Of a stretch of 42,168 nucleotides of DNA, positions 1 through 12,859 are shown piece by piece. Each line of letters opens with the position of its first letter. Position 1 is the stretch's first letter. Position numbers and translations under genes: made by a program. Origin of the DNA: Psammoneis japonica (Eukaryota); assembly GCA_008632985.1 (NCBI GenBank), contig QPGO01000138.1, positions 186,001-228,168 of the forward strand, read 5' to 3'. The notes beneath the pieces were generated by a model. The model saw only the letters and a list, made by a program, of their open reading frames with translations. It did no database searches and was not told the DNA's origin.

Positions 1-616
1 AATCGGCTGCAATGATTGCATCCACGAAGATCTCAAAAGTACCGGGATTAGCAGAGGCAACCTCCACCAACGTGTTTGTGGCAAAAAATGGCAGAAGAAC
101 ACGGTCAATGACATGCACGACTCCATTCACCGCTTCAACGTCTGGTTGCAAAACAGTCGCATCGTTTATCATCACATTGTCACCATCGTTTGTTGTGTCA
201 ACGGTATCCCCAAGGGCAGTCTCAATGGTTCCTTTATCTACTATATCGTCAGAGACAACGACTCGACGAACTACATGGTAGCGCAGGAGGGCGCGGAGGT
301 GCTCGACATAGTCTTCGTTGGAAAGCATATTGTTCAAGAGTTGTTTGTCAATGCCGTCAAAACTATTTGGTGCAAAGACTGTGAACTTTGGACAGGAAAA
401 CCTAAACCTGCAGTCGAGGTCGTCGTCAAACCCAGCTGTCTCGAGAGCATCAACGAGCGATGTAAGCCCATTCTCAACCGCAACATCCAGAATTGTGTCC
501 CCAAAGCCCCACCAATCCAATTCGCGAGACCAAAATTCCACTCCTTGGACAAAATTGTCAAAAGATAAGGTCGCTGCGGCAAACAGCAGTGATTTCTCCA
601 ACCTCATTGCCACCAT
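1..616 (-). CDS. Secreted fasciclin (FAS1) domain protein, 3' end runs off the window
   Basis: Manual translation (absent from the ORF track because no stop lies in the window): MVAMRLEKSLLFAAATL...FTVFAPN...LRALLRYHVV...INDATVLQPDVEAVNGVVHVIDRVLLP, which carries the FAS1 H1, YH and H2 motifs. Confidence 0.9.
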   Translation of the reverse strand, partial: MVAMRLEKSLLFAAATLSFDNFVQGVEFWSRELDWWGFGDTILDVAVENGLTSLVDALETAGFDDDLDCRFRFSCPKFTVFAPNSFDGIDKQLLNNMLSNEDYVEHLRALLRYHVVRRVVVSDDIVDKGTIETALGDTVDTTNDGDNVMINDATVLQPDVEAVNGVVHVIDRVLLPFFATNTLVEVASANPGTFEIFVDAIIAAD

Positions 617-1287
617 CGTCCACAGAGGACCGGCCTTTGAAAAAATGAGGCGCTGTCCCGGATGGATGACACATGATTGCGCGTTGTTCGCCGTGAAGTT
701 GAGTCGTGATGACAGTCCTGGTTCACATCTTGACATTGAGGGGTTTGACCGCCTCTTTTTCCCCGCCGCCTCCACATCAAAAATCAATATGCCAAATAAA
801 CAATCACGAAGCATCAAAATGAAATTCAAATTGAGCTATAATGGAAAAATCTATATCGAAATTAGTGTACTTACTTTCGGTTGAATTGCGATACTTCTCA
901 ACCTTCATACTTCACTACGAGCTTTTGAAACAGCAAAAATCTCGTGGGCGCACGGACGGACTGGGACGAGCTCAGATCTTCTTCGCTTGCTTGGCTTGGT
1001 TTTGCCAGTTTTGAGTCGCGGTGGCTGCAAAAGCTTCCAGAATCGCATTCCAAAACGCCACTTCTTACGTTCGCAAGACACGACAACAAGACAGGTGGTA
1101 AAGCAACACATAATGTTGAATTACGTGCACGATCGACGGGCAAGAAGAAGGACGTAAAGGATTTGTTCGCGCGTTGCGTTTTTTGCCCACGTAAAAGAGC
1201 GGTCAGAGCGCGTTGAACAAGGTGAAACTGGCGAACAAAAAAAAACTCGGACTATCTCCTGGTTCAAATTTTGACATTCCTGTAGAA

Positions 1288-3370
1288 ATGAATCAACTGG
1301 TTCAAGTTGGTGTTTTCTTCTTGACGTTTGTCGCTGCATTTGAGCCTGCTTCGAAACGAGCGAGAAGGAGAACAATCCTCAAGAAAAACATGCTTTGCGT
1401 TGGCAAGAACTGCCCGTTTGATACCTCCGGCCTCTCAAAGGATCTTGGCGACATTGGATTGATCGAGCTAGACTTGGGGAATGGGCATAAAAAGACATTC
1501 ATTCAAACTGGAACAACCAAGAAGCATTATTACCATGGCGAACACGGACGCGAAGCTATTAATCTTATGGTCCGACAAGCAAATGGAGCCGTTAATGGTG
1601 CTTCCGTCCTTGTTTTTGGTTCCATCACTGACGATGAAAAAATCTAAAAGATAGGTCCAGATGCGCATGGGAACTCGCAAATATTAGAAACTCGCTTGGA
1701 TGAGTATTTGGAGGAAGCAGATCCACTTCCACCTCCAGAAGAAGATGACAACGAAAACCAAAGGCGAAGGACAATTTCTACCAACACCACAACAGAACGG
1801 AAAATTTCGTCTGTTGTCGAGTCGCCATTTGGACTGGATGAGAATGGTCAAATTCGAAAGCTCGCTTTTGATGATAGCGGAAAGAATATTGACGTTATGG
1901 TTGTGTGGAGCAAAGAAGCAGAGTGCGCAAACTCGGGATTTGCTGAAAATTGCGTCTTGTCGGCTCAAACCAACACCAATATGCTCGGTTTGGTCACCTT
2001 AGCTATGGAAGAATCAAACACGGCGTTTGAATTATCCGGCATTCGAACAATCCTGCGTCTCGTTCATGCATACAGAGACGAAAATTACACAGAACCAACC
2101 ACTCCTAGAAATCAAGTCCGTCAGGCTATTGGCCATTTGTCTGGTACCTCAGATGGTTACTTGGACGATGTTCATGGCAACCGCGATGCATATGGAGCCG
2201 ATGCGGTGGTGCTTATTATCGCCGCTCGAAATGACGGCACCTGTGGGATTGGATATGTTGGACCGGATCCTGACGCCATGTTCTCTGTAACAAAAATGTC
2301 TTGCTCAACGGGACGATTTAGCTTTGCTCATGAGATTGCTCACGGAATAGGATGTTTACACGACGTTGGAGATATGGGTGACTGTGGAACCAGCGACTAC
2401 CGATACGGATGGCGCCACCCAGAGGCTGCATTCCGCACCATCCAATCGACCTATTGCGTGTCTGGGCAATGCGATGGAAACCTCGGTATTGGACCGTGCC
2501 CTCGTATCCAACGTTTTTCTACTCCCCTTCTAACCGTGAGTGTCTTCGACAACAGAGATTCTGTCATGTATATTACTGTGCTCTCAGGCTGTTTACTTTC
2601 CTTTTATATTGTCTGACTCGCTCCAGTACCAATTCAGTGAAACAAACAGTGCTGTTTTGGGTAGCGCCACTGCGGACAATGTGAGATATATCAATGAAGT
2701 AAGTGCGCAAATTGCTGGTTTTCGAGACGTTGTCGAATGCGTAGCAGACTTTCAATGCAATGACAGCGACCCATGCACCAGTGATAGTTGCGACATCTCT
2801 ACCGGAAAATGTAAACACGTCGACACTTGCCGCACTCCGACAGCCATGCCAGTAACTTCTTCACAGTCACTTCTACCAACCCCCTCTCCGACACACCCAT
2901 CCACTCCACCGCCCACCTTTGTGACGACGCCTCCAACATCTCCAGCTCCGACGGTCGCGCCAACCACTCCACCTTCCTTTCCACCAACCCAAGCTCCAAC
3001 TGTCTTACCCAGCACTTCACCTTCCTTTCCACCTACTCAAGCTCCGACACTCACACCCAGCACTTCACCTTCCTTGCCACCTACTCAAGCTCCGACACTC
3101 ACACCCAGCAATTTACCTTCCTTTTCGCCAAATCCAGCTCCAACGGTTGCACCCTCCGCTTCAATTTCCTTTCCACCATCGATGGACTCTTCGACCCCAC
3201 CGCCGACGTTGGTGACTCCGTTCCCAACAACGTCCCCTATGACCTCCATGCCGACAGCGGCGCCTGATGAAGAGGGACTTCTGTCTTCGTTTCCTTCTGC
3301 CTCCAGATACAGCCTGCTCCCTTTCCGTTTGCTTTTTATTTCATTTTCCTTCGTGATCTACCAAGTTTAA
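1288..3370 (+). CDS. Secreted/GPI-like reprolysin (M12B/Asp-N-like) zinc metallopeptidase; exons 1288-2535 and 2627-3370; in-frame TAA at 1645-1647
   Basis: Signal peptide MNQLVQVGVFFLTFVAAF; IDVMVVWS; zinc motif HEIAHGIGCLH; Cys repeat CNDSDPCTSDSC; PT/PS mucin stalk; hydrophobic C-terminus. GTGAGT...CTCCAG intron 2536-2626 keeps frame. The premature stop is either a pseudogenising allele or an error. Confidence 0.85.
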
Positions 3371-3549
3371 AGTCCAAGAAAATGATTTATAAATGTACAG
3401 TGATGGTTCACCTGGTAAGATAAACCTTATTCTCTGACCTTGTGGCATGATTTATTAACTTATCATTACAAGTGGAACTTACGCATTTGCCCCTCTCCAC
3501 TGTGGCTCCTCGTCTGACACAAGGCAGCTTTGTCGGGCTAATTATCTTT

Positions 3550-4276
3550 TCACTGCCAACGTAACCGAAGAGATCTGACTGGTTCTTCCACTTCGTCACC
3601 AGATTCCTCGTTTGAAGACTCAGTTTCAGTGTTTTTCTCTGAATCAGTGAAATTATTGTTTGCATTCCCGGTTAAAGCTTGACTATTCTGGCTTGGACCA
3701 TCGGCATCCACGTGCTGAACTCGGCTGCCAGGCTCTAGAACTGTATCCATCTCATTTGGGACCTACCCTGGCTTCGAGCTCCTGGATTTCCGCCCATGTC
3801 TTGCCAGGCGGATCAGGTGCACGTCTTTCAAGACTCGCTCCAACTGCCACAAAGACTTCTGAAGAAAACTTGGGCGAAATCTCGCTCAGGTCGTCCGCAT
3901 ACGTGGGAACAGAGGATGGCACAGACAATTCTGCCACAGAACTATCTCCACTAAGTTTCACGTGGCCCTTAGAACTGGTCTTTGAAGATGGTTGAGTCGT
4001 GGCACTATTTTCCACGGCATCGATCCTCGACCCACCCGTGGTGGCAGCTTCTCCACTCTCTGCGTCACGAATAACTTCACAATCTTGAGCGCGGGTCGTC
4101 ATGATCGACGTTACAGCATCGTTAAATGCCTCTGGAGATGGATTGATGCCCCCCTCTTTTTCTTTCGCTGCTGTGCTGTTCATAGTTTCCAATGTCCGAC
4201 TGGGAAAAGTGAGGACTGCGGATGAGGAACAAAAGAATCCGCGACTCGGCTTCGCCACTGGCTTCGCCGCTGCCAT
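3550..4276 (-). CDS. Hypothetical acidic low-complexity protein, possibly one frameshifted ORF (3752-4276 plus 3550-3750)
   Basis: Two adjacent ORFs of similar S/E/T-rich composition in different frames; no recognisable domain. Confidence 0.3.
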
Positions 4277-4584
4277 TGACTGCGAGTCGAGTGATTCAAG
4301 TGCGTAGTAGGAGAAATTACCACGACTAACGAGGGTTGAACGGCTAGTTAAAGGCCGTCCCAGGTATAGAGCTCAGTAGATTACTGTATCCCGAAGAAAA
4401 TCTTCGCTAAAACGCATCGACAAGGCTCATTATCCGCGATGTGCTAGTCATTTCCTATTTCACACATTCATAGGTGAATGATATAAAGATATGTTACCTT
4501 GTGTAAGATTCAGTCGCATTTCACTTGCAATACATCATAGCGTTAGCGACATCTTCAGTTAGTCGTGTTGCAAACCGAGCCCTT

Positions 4585-7500
4585 TTACATGCTACCAGCC
4601 ACACCAGCGCAATCCAGAAAAGCAAAGCTCCCACGAGGTTGGACTTCTTCGACGACAAAGGTCCAAATTTCAGGAGGGGCATCCATGGTCAAATAAACCA
4701 AAAGCTCAGAGTGTTTCTTGTTTCCGCGCAACGATGCTCCGTCTTCCTTGACTGGTCGACGCTCAAGGGTGAATCCTTTCCATTGATCCGATAAAGCGTT
4801 GTCCGGGCGTGGCAGAGGGATCTCCGCGAGGAATTCACCAGTTCCCATGTCCCAGGCATGCAGTACTCCACGCTTTGAGTGCAGCAGATACGTTACACCT
4901 TCAAAGTGATGAATGGATGAGACCTTATTTTGTTTGCCAAGCCCCTGGTGTATCAGTTTCATGTTAATGCTCTCAATACGAGAAAGAGAGGCATCGTCAG
5001 GATTAGGAACTCGATAAGAATGGATTGATCCATTGACACCAATGTACAAGCTGCCTTCTTTATCTTTGCCGTTCGGGATAAACGCCAAACCATTGACCTC
5101 AGCCGCAGAATGAGTAACAATCCAACTGCCTTGTTTTTCCAAAGCTTCCCCTTGAGCCCATGCAAATTCAAGTAGCTCGGTGTCTTCGGGGCCTCCGGAG
5201 AGGGCAAAGATCCGGTTGCCGACGGTCGTCAATCCACCTAGCTCGGTATTCTGAAGATGCACAAGATGAGAAGCCTCCCCTCCTTCTAATGGGTGTGCAA
5301 GAATCTCCGCTGTCGATGCTACCAGGAGTGAATTCCTATCGTAGTCCACGATGGCGTCATTGGGCTCGTACGTCAGGGTATTGATGCCAGTGATGGACTG
5401 TCGAAAGCAGCGTCCAGGATCCTCGTACATAGCCATGTCAGGGGCAAATAGTCTTCGAGGGTCAAAAGAAACCAATCGACGATCATTGTTCTCGTATTCG
5501 GATTCACCCAAAATATCGCTCGCCCCCAGAATATCGCAAAATACAATGAAGACACCGATACCAACACCTACAGCCAAAAGGGTCGGCCCAAAATGATCAA
5601 TGTATCCATAGCCCTTTCCGGAAGAAAGCAGTTTAATCCGCCGAAAGTAGACGAACGTGGCATACAGTACGAGGCATAAAGCGGAAAACGCTATCAATGC
5701 TGCAGTGTGTAAGTAGTGCCCATTTCCCATCATGATTGTAGAGACGGTGAGGAGCAGCAAGGCAGAACTTATCCATTGGATGAACGTTCGCTCGTTGGCA
5801 AAGAAAGACTTGGGCTCCGCTCGAACTGGTTTCTTCTCAGCAATATCAACTTTTCGTACATCCGCTGACCCAGAATCTGGCTTGAAAAATTTAGCGATTG
5901 GATTTCTTTTCCATCCACCAGAAGAACTACCTGATGTCTCATCACCACCGAACAAATGGTAACAATCGCATGGATCAAGTGCCCTAGTGTATTCTTGAGC
6001 ATCTCCGGACTGCTGGGCTAAGCCGAACATGGTAGAAAATGATGGATGGTTCGCCCAATACGGGAGTGTGGATACTCGATTGAAAGCAGCTGCACCCGTC
6101 AAGAACTTCGAGAATTTCGGTGCTTCCTCGATCACTCCTCCGGAGATAAGTGCTGCAAGGCCTTGTGGCATCGGATTGTCTCCAGATAGCTTAACTTCAA
6201 AGACATTGAAGGGCACCGTCACAGCCTTGGCTGTCTTCTTCGCTTCGTCATCCGAAAGACACCATGACTTGCCACCGATGTTAGATCGAGCAGTCTCGTC
6301 AACCAAGGTCACGTTGCGATCAAGTGTCAAGCGTAGATCTGGAATACGGTAGCGAGGCATTTTTAGTGAGCGACAATCTACCAAGACGATTCCTGACGAC
6401 CACAAACGAAGCGAATAGCAGCTTACCATTACTCTTCGCGGATTGGAAGGCGGCTCTCATGTAAACAGAGCGAACGCATGCGCGCAGGTTGTGCTTCACA
6501 ACAATTTTGTGCATTCGATACAAAAGATTCGCTGCTTTGGTAAGCTCATCTCCTGTCAAGGTAGGACTGGCCCGAAGGATCATGTCCTGTGCCTCTTTGG
6601 GGGACCAAGGAACTGGTTGAAGAAAAAGTCTCATATCTCTTTCCTGAACTGCAGCTCTTTCCTTGACGCTCTTGTTGGCAACCCACTTCTCGTGGTGAGT
6701 CTTCAGTTCAAGAAATATAACTTTCTCTCCTTTTGGCATCTTGTCTCCATACCATCTCGCTCGCAGAAGTTCGGCGCCTTCGATCCGCGCAAGTCGCTTC
6801 TTGTACATACTCATATCGGGGGCATCGAAGTACACGGATGTGATGGGCGTCACCATGGAAGCCCACAACTTGTCTCCCTCCGACTTTCTTGCAAGACGAT
6901 TCTTCTTTGGCGTCAGGGTGCCTTTCTTGCCATAAACCAAAAGCGGTGCCTCTCCGGTACAAGCAAGGAGGAGCTTGGTGAGCTGTTCTTCTTTGACCCA
7001 ATACTTGGTCGTCGATCTTGAAAAGGAACTTGGGGCTTTCCAGATGCCATCATTGTCACTCGCACCACTGTTATTAAGCTTATTCTCGGCGGAACGGATG
7101 GCAATGTAAATATCACTCGCCACAACCACCAACACAGAGTTGAGGTTGTTCTTCAAAGAAGACTCTACCAGCTTGGTACACTGAGTTCTGAGCTGCTCGT
7201 CTGCCTCTTGAGCTACAGCAAGCAAGGCCGATCGGTTCTTCGTCAAAAAGTTTTGGAGCTCAAGGCAACTCTCCACAAGATCGTCCATTTTTTGCGTCAA
7301 AGCATGAACCATCTTGTGGCCGTCTCTAAGTTTTGAGACTTGCTCAAGTGTAACTTCTGCGCTAGTTAGCAACGACTTTGCCGCAAACTCGAGTTCGTCC
7401 TGGTAGTAGTTCAAAACTCTCACCACACGGTTCATCTCCTGCTCAAAGACGGCATTGAAGGGTTGAGTATCTGGCATGCGACCTCCCTTGTCCGCGTAGG

Positions 7501-7645
7501 CATACTTCGAAATGCTGCTCTTCAGCATGTTGGAGTCAGCGTTTGCCTTTGCAAGGGCCGCGACGTCGATACCACTGCTGTAAGAACTGCCACTGTTGGC
7601 GACAGCATCGTTGTCATACAACGCGTAACCGCTTTTGGGGGCCAT
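4585..7645 (-). CDS. VTC4: Vacuolar transporter chaperone / polyphosphate polymerase (VTC4-like) with DUF202 TM helices and an extra C-terminal domain; exons 7645-6427 and 6338-4585
   Basis: VTC motifs RSTTKYWV, ITSVYFD, LLRARWYG, IFLELKTHHEKW, SVKER, RAAFQ, LRLTLD, FEVKL, KFSKFLTG; DUF202 motif EPKSFFANERTFIQW followed by three TM segments. GTAAGC...TTCCAG intron 6426-6339 joins SAKSN-D-LRLTLD. Confidence 0.9.
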
Positions 7646-8160
7646 GATGATGCGGCAAAGTCGCCTTGATGCTGCCACTTCTCCGACACGAGGAGGTGAG
7701 TCGAAGAAAAGTGAGCAAAAACAATAATGCCAACGTCCGAATTTCGTCGGCGGGCGGCTGTCGGAATGCGTCTGACGTGGCCTTGGAAACAGAAAAGGCC
7801 TATTATATTTAGTACTGAATATTAGTTGAGAGTAAGCAAATCGTGTAAAGATACCATCAGCTTCTGTACAACAAGAAGCCACGTCACCGTTACATCACGC
7901 TTGCATCACCAAGCAAATTTTGTTAATGGCCTCTGAAGAGCCTGGGACTGGAACAACGACTGAAACTTGATTTTACATCTTTTTGATAGTGAAATGATAA
8001 TATCGTTTTTGAATAAGTCCCACATGAGGTATCGTATACAACGTTGGAGATATCACAAATTCGTAAGACAAACTTTTTCGCCATTTTCAAAAATAAATAT
8101 CGATTTTTTAGGAGCTTCACTGCAGTCTCAGGTAATAATAAGAGAGGAATTTTCGTCTTC

Positions 8161-8225
8161 CGTTGGAGAGTTTCAGTGCGCGCAACGTCCGTTGGAGCGT
8201 TTCAGAGCGCAAATCGTCCGTTGAG
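8161..8225. repeat. 29-bp tandem repeat, about 2.2 copies
   Basis: cgttggagagtttcagtgcgcgcaacgtc / cgttggagcgtttcagagcgcaaatcgtc / cgttgag. Confidence 0.75.
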
Positions 8226-8409
8226 TTAACAGTCGGCAACAGTTGTGGCCTAAAAAAATCCGCGCAAACCAAACGCGGAGTAGGCAACGCGCGCACCGCG
8301 GTCTCGCGAATTCATGATCATCATGAGGTTTGCACTTTGGGCAACTCTCTGACAAAATTGCTGTTGTGCCAAAGATTGTTCGTACATTGTGCCACCCAGA
8401 AAAATGATT

Positions 8410-9850
8410 AAGCCGTCAATGTCCTTGGCCTGTTTCTTGTTGGCTTGTCTGTGGAGCAGTCATTTCATGAAGACAACCTGATCTGTCAAGTGTGACTGAC
8501 AATTCATCAAAAACAAAATGTGTGGCCAGCGGCAAAAGCAGCTCATCCTGTGCTGAAAATCCTCTCTTTCAAATGGCCGCTCTCTCCCATCTGTTTCGAC
8601 ACGAAAGCCGTGCTGTGTGGAGGCAGGCCACATCTCTTTGCATGTGACAGGATTGCCACACACACAAAATGTCCTTTTTTTGTTTCTGGCCTGTTCCAGC
8701 TCCAGGTGCTCCGCGCGGGTTCGATTCCCATCATTTGGCAATTTGTGCATTTGGCGCAATTGACTTTTTCCAAATCCGTTTTTTGCCAAATCGAAGGGCA
8801 AGTGTACACTTTGCATGCATTTTTGGGTGTGCACTCACCTTTCGATTTTCGAAACGATCAAAATTGAAGGAGTCAATTGCGCTAAACTTCGCAGAAAATC
8901 GGCCTCTCGCATGATGAAAAGCGGATCACCTGGAGCTGGAGCAGGCCTTCTCTGTCACATTTTCAAAGGCTGCAAGCGCAAAATTGAGTGGGACGGCATT
9001 GTGGCAAGAAGTGACAGAATTGCTGCACACACAAAATGTCCTTTTTTGTTTCTCAGCCACATTTTCGAAGGCTGCAAGCACAAAATTGGCTGAGTGGCGG
9101 TGACAGCCAAAGTCAGCTTGTGCGTGCCATGCCGCCCATGGCAAAAAGTGTGCTTTTCTCACTCATTTCACAACTGGCAAGAGGCAAAATTGCCAGCTTC
9201 AATTTTGTCATTGGAGCCTTGAACAGATTCCAAAACACTGAGCTGCAGCATGACTCTGCGCTGCTTGTCTTTGTCACCCACCATGCTTGGCAGCCCAGCT
9301 TGCAGCCAATGTTGTTGCTTTCACAGAAACTTTCCCCAGATGTGATTGTTGAGCCACACTCTGGCTGTGCTGGCAGAGGGGTGGATGGGAGGGAGTGCCG
9401 AATGCCCCCGCCAAATTTTTGGGTGTCGCCGCTTGCAGCAAGAGCCGCAGCGGCAGCAGTGCATTTCTTGTGCGGCAATCAATGCGGCACACACAGACAG
9501 CCACTGCAGTTGCACCCAAATTGGCATGGAGGGTGCTGACCTGGTGAAAAGCATCTAAAAACAGAGCTGGAGAGGGGCCAAGAAAAATGCACGCGATGCT
9601 CTGCTTTTGCTTTTTTGCAGCAGGCTTGCTGCCGGCTGAATTTTGTGCGAGCTTGGCTGGGAGAGAGAAGACGAGGTGCCTGCCATCACAACCTGGCTGT
9701 CCAAACTTGTGACTCTTCTGCTGCGACCTTCTTTCCATTCAAAGTCTCGTTGCAATTACGCAAGCAGCGCTCTCTGCAGGCCGACTGTGGCTGTTGTCAT
9801 GGCACAGTGCGCTTCTCCAACAACTGCGAAAACATGGCATGGGGCCCACA
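8410..9850. repeat. TpA-depleted repeat block 1
   Basis: Only a handful of TA by eye; contains the MITE family A copy and an internal direct repeat (about 8640-8990 vs 9010-9090). Confidence 0.85.
8688..8947. mobile_element. MITE family A, copy 1 (260 bp, about 24-bp TIR, 4-bp TSD TTCT)
   Basis: Left end GGCCTGTTCCAGCTCCAGGTGCTC, right end GATCACCTGGAGCTGGAGCAGGCC, flanked by ttct/ttct. An empty-site paralogue at about 9045-9070 has a single ttct. A second copy lies at 20622-20881. Confidence 0.9.
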
Positions 9851-10160
9851 ACGAGGAATCATATTATTATCCAGTGTTTAATAAAATTATTAGCCTAACT
9901 TGCCAACTCAACGGAAATCGCGGATGGTTCGGTGCGTTTTTTCCCGCCATTTTTTTTCCCGGGCCAGGGGCCGACAGTCCAAGGAAAGATCTAATCAGGA
10001 AATCACCTGTCCTGTATTCAACTATTTTAGTATCCATGTCGGCGGAATCCGACGTGTCAAGCAATCTGAAATCGAAATCAACCAGTCAACTTGCACTCCA
10101 TCGAGGTGAGAAGAGGCGGCGACGCGCTTGAGAACAGTTAGTCAACACGTTCCGCAGATC

Positions 10161-11049
10161 ATGGTAGACACAGCGGAACTTTCCGAAGACAGTGGCTACG
10201 AGATGGGTGAGCCTCAACTGAGTGAGTATGAGAAACAACGACTCGAACGGATTGCACGGAATAAAGAGTACTTGAAGAGCATCGGACTGGAACCAATCGC
10301 AACGCCAAAGCCGAAACCAAAAAAGAAAAAGCGTCCCACGATAGTCGACCTTACACCGAGTCGCAAATCGAAGCGGCTCCAAAAGGACAACGAGTCGCTT
10401 GTCAAGCTGTCATATGAAAATGACGATGATACCAAATGCGTCTCTCAAGACATTGGACATGATTTTGCAGAAGAACAAGAAGCGGAAAAGCCCAGGCAAT
10501 ACGAACATAGAAAAGCAGTATCTGTGAATCTCGAAGAGTGGCAGCTATCGAAGGAACAGAACGAATCTTTGAAGCAGAGCTTTCGTGAGAGTGTTGGCGA
10601 CCACTACTTGCTCAAGATGAAGGTGCGCTAAGTCTATTATTGTTTTTCAACTCTATTCATTTTCAGCTCACACTTCTCCCTTTTCAATACAGGAATTTCT
10701 CTTGAAGCACGACAACAAACGCGGAATCTCAAAAGAAAACGCAAGAAGAGTGATTAATACAATCAAGAAGTTGGCTCGTGGGGAAGGCATTCGATACGAG
10801 TCCAAACAGTACGGATGGCCAACCGGTTGCTACTTTCAGAAAGGCAACCCCATTACGCCGCTTTCAGATATTCCAGCGCTCATGGTTGAAGCCCAGGAGT
10901 GCGAAAATGAGTGGGGAAGAGACAGGGGCAATGGATGGTTGTTGAAGCATCCTTTGATGAAGCTCCTGTTGTTTCAGCAATTCGTGCTGACTTATCCGGA
11001 GTTTCTCAAGGCAGAGTGCCAGTTAAGCAAGGAAGAGCAGGAGTTGTAA
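10161..11049 (+). CDS. Hypothetical nuclear protein; exons 10161-10622 and 10693-11049
   Basis: LSEYEKQRLERIARNKEYLKSIGL helix (a motif type seen at the N-termini of WDR76/CDCA7-like proteins), Lys-rich NLS-like stretch, in-frame GT...ACAG intron. Start codon uncertain. Confidence 0.7.
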
Positions 11050-11471
11050 GAAAAATGAGTCTATGTGTTTTATTTGTTATTAGGGCGTTATCCTTTAACT
11101 GCTCGTCAATGATGTTTAAGATAGAAAGACCGGGAATAGGTCACCTCAGCCAAGTATGCAAGTTTTTGTTCAATGGGAGCTTTCATGAATCCTTTTCCAT
11201 GGGATCTCGGATGAAAACTTACAGAGGCTTCCTTCCTCTAGCTCTTTAGATCGCGTCTAGAACACTCTCTACAAGTGAAACTGGGGTTCCTCAGACACTA
11301 AGAAGCAATGCAGCAACCAATGCAAAAGTGCAAGGACTAAGTTTTCAGATGTTGACGATTGAAATCGTGGCCATTCGTCAGTCAACTCAAATCACGGGTG
11401 CTGAAAGGTAGAGAGCATTCGAAATGTCGAAAAGTGCCCGGCTCGTTTTGCTTGAGTTCATCTACTAGAAT

Positions 11472-12832
11472 TTAATCCACATCGTCGTAATCGGCGGCGG
11501 ATCCAACTTCATTTGAAGCAGACGGTGCTGGAAGCGCCAGAACTTTCTCTTGCCCCCCAAGACTGTTCGCAACCATGGCATCACTGCTTCCCTCTTTTGT
11601 ACCCTCTTCATCACGCCGAAGATACTGTACGCATTCATTGATTCGTTCCGACACATCTTCATGCTCCTCCACCATGTCGGCCCATTTCAAAATGACATAG
11701 ACACGCTGCAGTCTCAGTCTTTCTCGCGACTTCCGTCCCGTGGCGCACAAGAGCAAAATAGATTCGACAAGAAAGAGCCTTGTCAAATGGTCTGGCTCAC
11801 GCACCTTGTCGGGGCCCTCCAACCACAAATCGGGATCCAAACCACGCTTTTCATCCACATCAAGCTCTTCTGGTCCGGCGAGTGGGTACAAAATGTGCTT
11901 GACAATCTTTACTTCCTCAATGAGCCACCACGCCGAATCCGATTCCAAACAGCAATTCTTGACGACACCCGCAATACTCCGTCTTCGTAGTACATTTGTC
12001 GATCGTAACTGAGTCAAAATGGCTTGCAACACAGAAGACGACGACAATTTTCCCTTGTCCTGTTGATGAATTCGTAAAACAAATCGTCGACCAGCCTCCA
12101 ATTGAGTTGCATTCATAAGGACGGATGCAAAGTGTTGGTAAGGATCGTAATGACTGCTAGCGAGATCGAGCTCTGTTTTCAACTCCGATTCTGGAATTTC
12201 TTCTATATACTGATCCGATAAAAATCGTGACAAGAGTAGCTCCATGGTTGGTTTGGTGGGTAACGCCTTGTCGTTTCCCTGCGACGACGGCACAGCCTCG
12301 TCGGGGAGGGTACGCCCCGTCAATTCCACCGCACCACGTTCGGTCCTCGTCATGTTTACCAAGAGAGCCATGGCAAAATTGACTCGCTTTTTCCAATTCT
12401 CAAGCGTTTCACCTTCGTCGTCGTCGGGTCGTGACAGTGTGATTTCCACCATGCGTCCGGTTGCGCCGCTGCTGAGCAAGTCTTCCACACATTGGGCGGC
12501 ACTCGGACCGTGCGACGACAAGTGAACCAAGCATGTGAGAGAGTTGAGTCCTGCGGTATCAGGATGGGAGGATAATTTTGCTAGAGGAGCAACCACTCCG
12601 TGCTGTATCATTTTGGCCATGCCGTCACTGTGAAATGAATAAAATACACACGTTTGTGAGTTGCACTTTTAATGCACCAGCTGGGAAAATGTTCTTTGAG
12701 AAAACTCAGCACGTACATGTCCTTGACTGCCATGGCAGCTTCGGTCGCAGCTAACCGAAGATCCTCTCGATCCGATGTTAAGAACCCAATCAAATCGGTG
12801 TACACTGATGCTTCATCTTGACCGGCAGACAT
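11472..12832 (-). CDS. HGH1: HGH1 homolog (FAM203, DUF383/DUF384; eEF2 chaperone); exons 12832-12717 and 12627-11472
   Basis: Motifs LLVNMTR, HFASVLMNATQLEAGRRF, RRRSIAGVVKNCC, ILYPLAGPEE, REPD, LLLCAT..SRERLR...VYVIL. GTACGT...TCACAG intron 12716-12628 is in frame. Confidence 0.9.
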
Positions 12833-12859
12833 GGTGACTAATTGTTCATAAGGCTATCG

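Noticed and set aside
12..884. Plus-strand ORFs 12-281, 113-568 and 318-884
   Set aside because: They are antisense shadows of the minus-strand fasciclin gene.
2870..3260. Tandem repeats of about 48 bp resembling a spaced array
   Set aside because: They are coding PT/PS mucin repeats of the peptidase, not CRISPR; there are no unique spacers and the context is eukaryotic.
10036..10160. Upstream coding exon for the 10161 gene
   Set aside because: The GTGAG...CCGCAG intron gives the wrong phase, and the in-frame alternative intron is only 32 nt.
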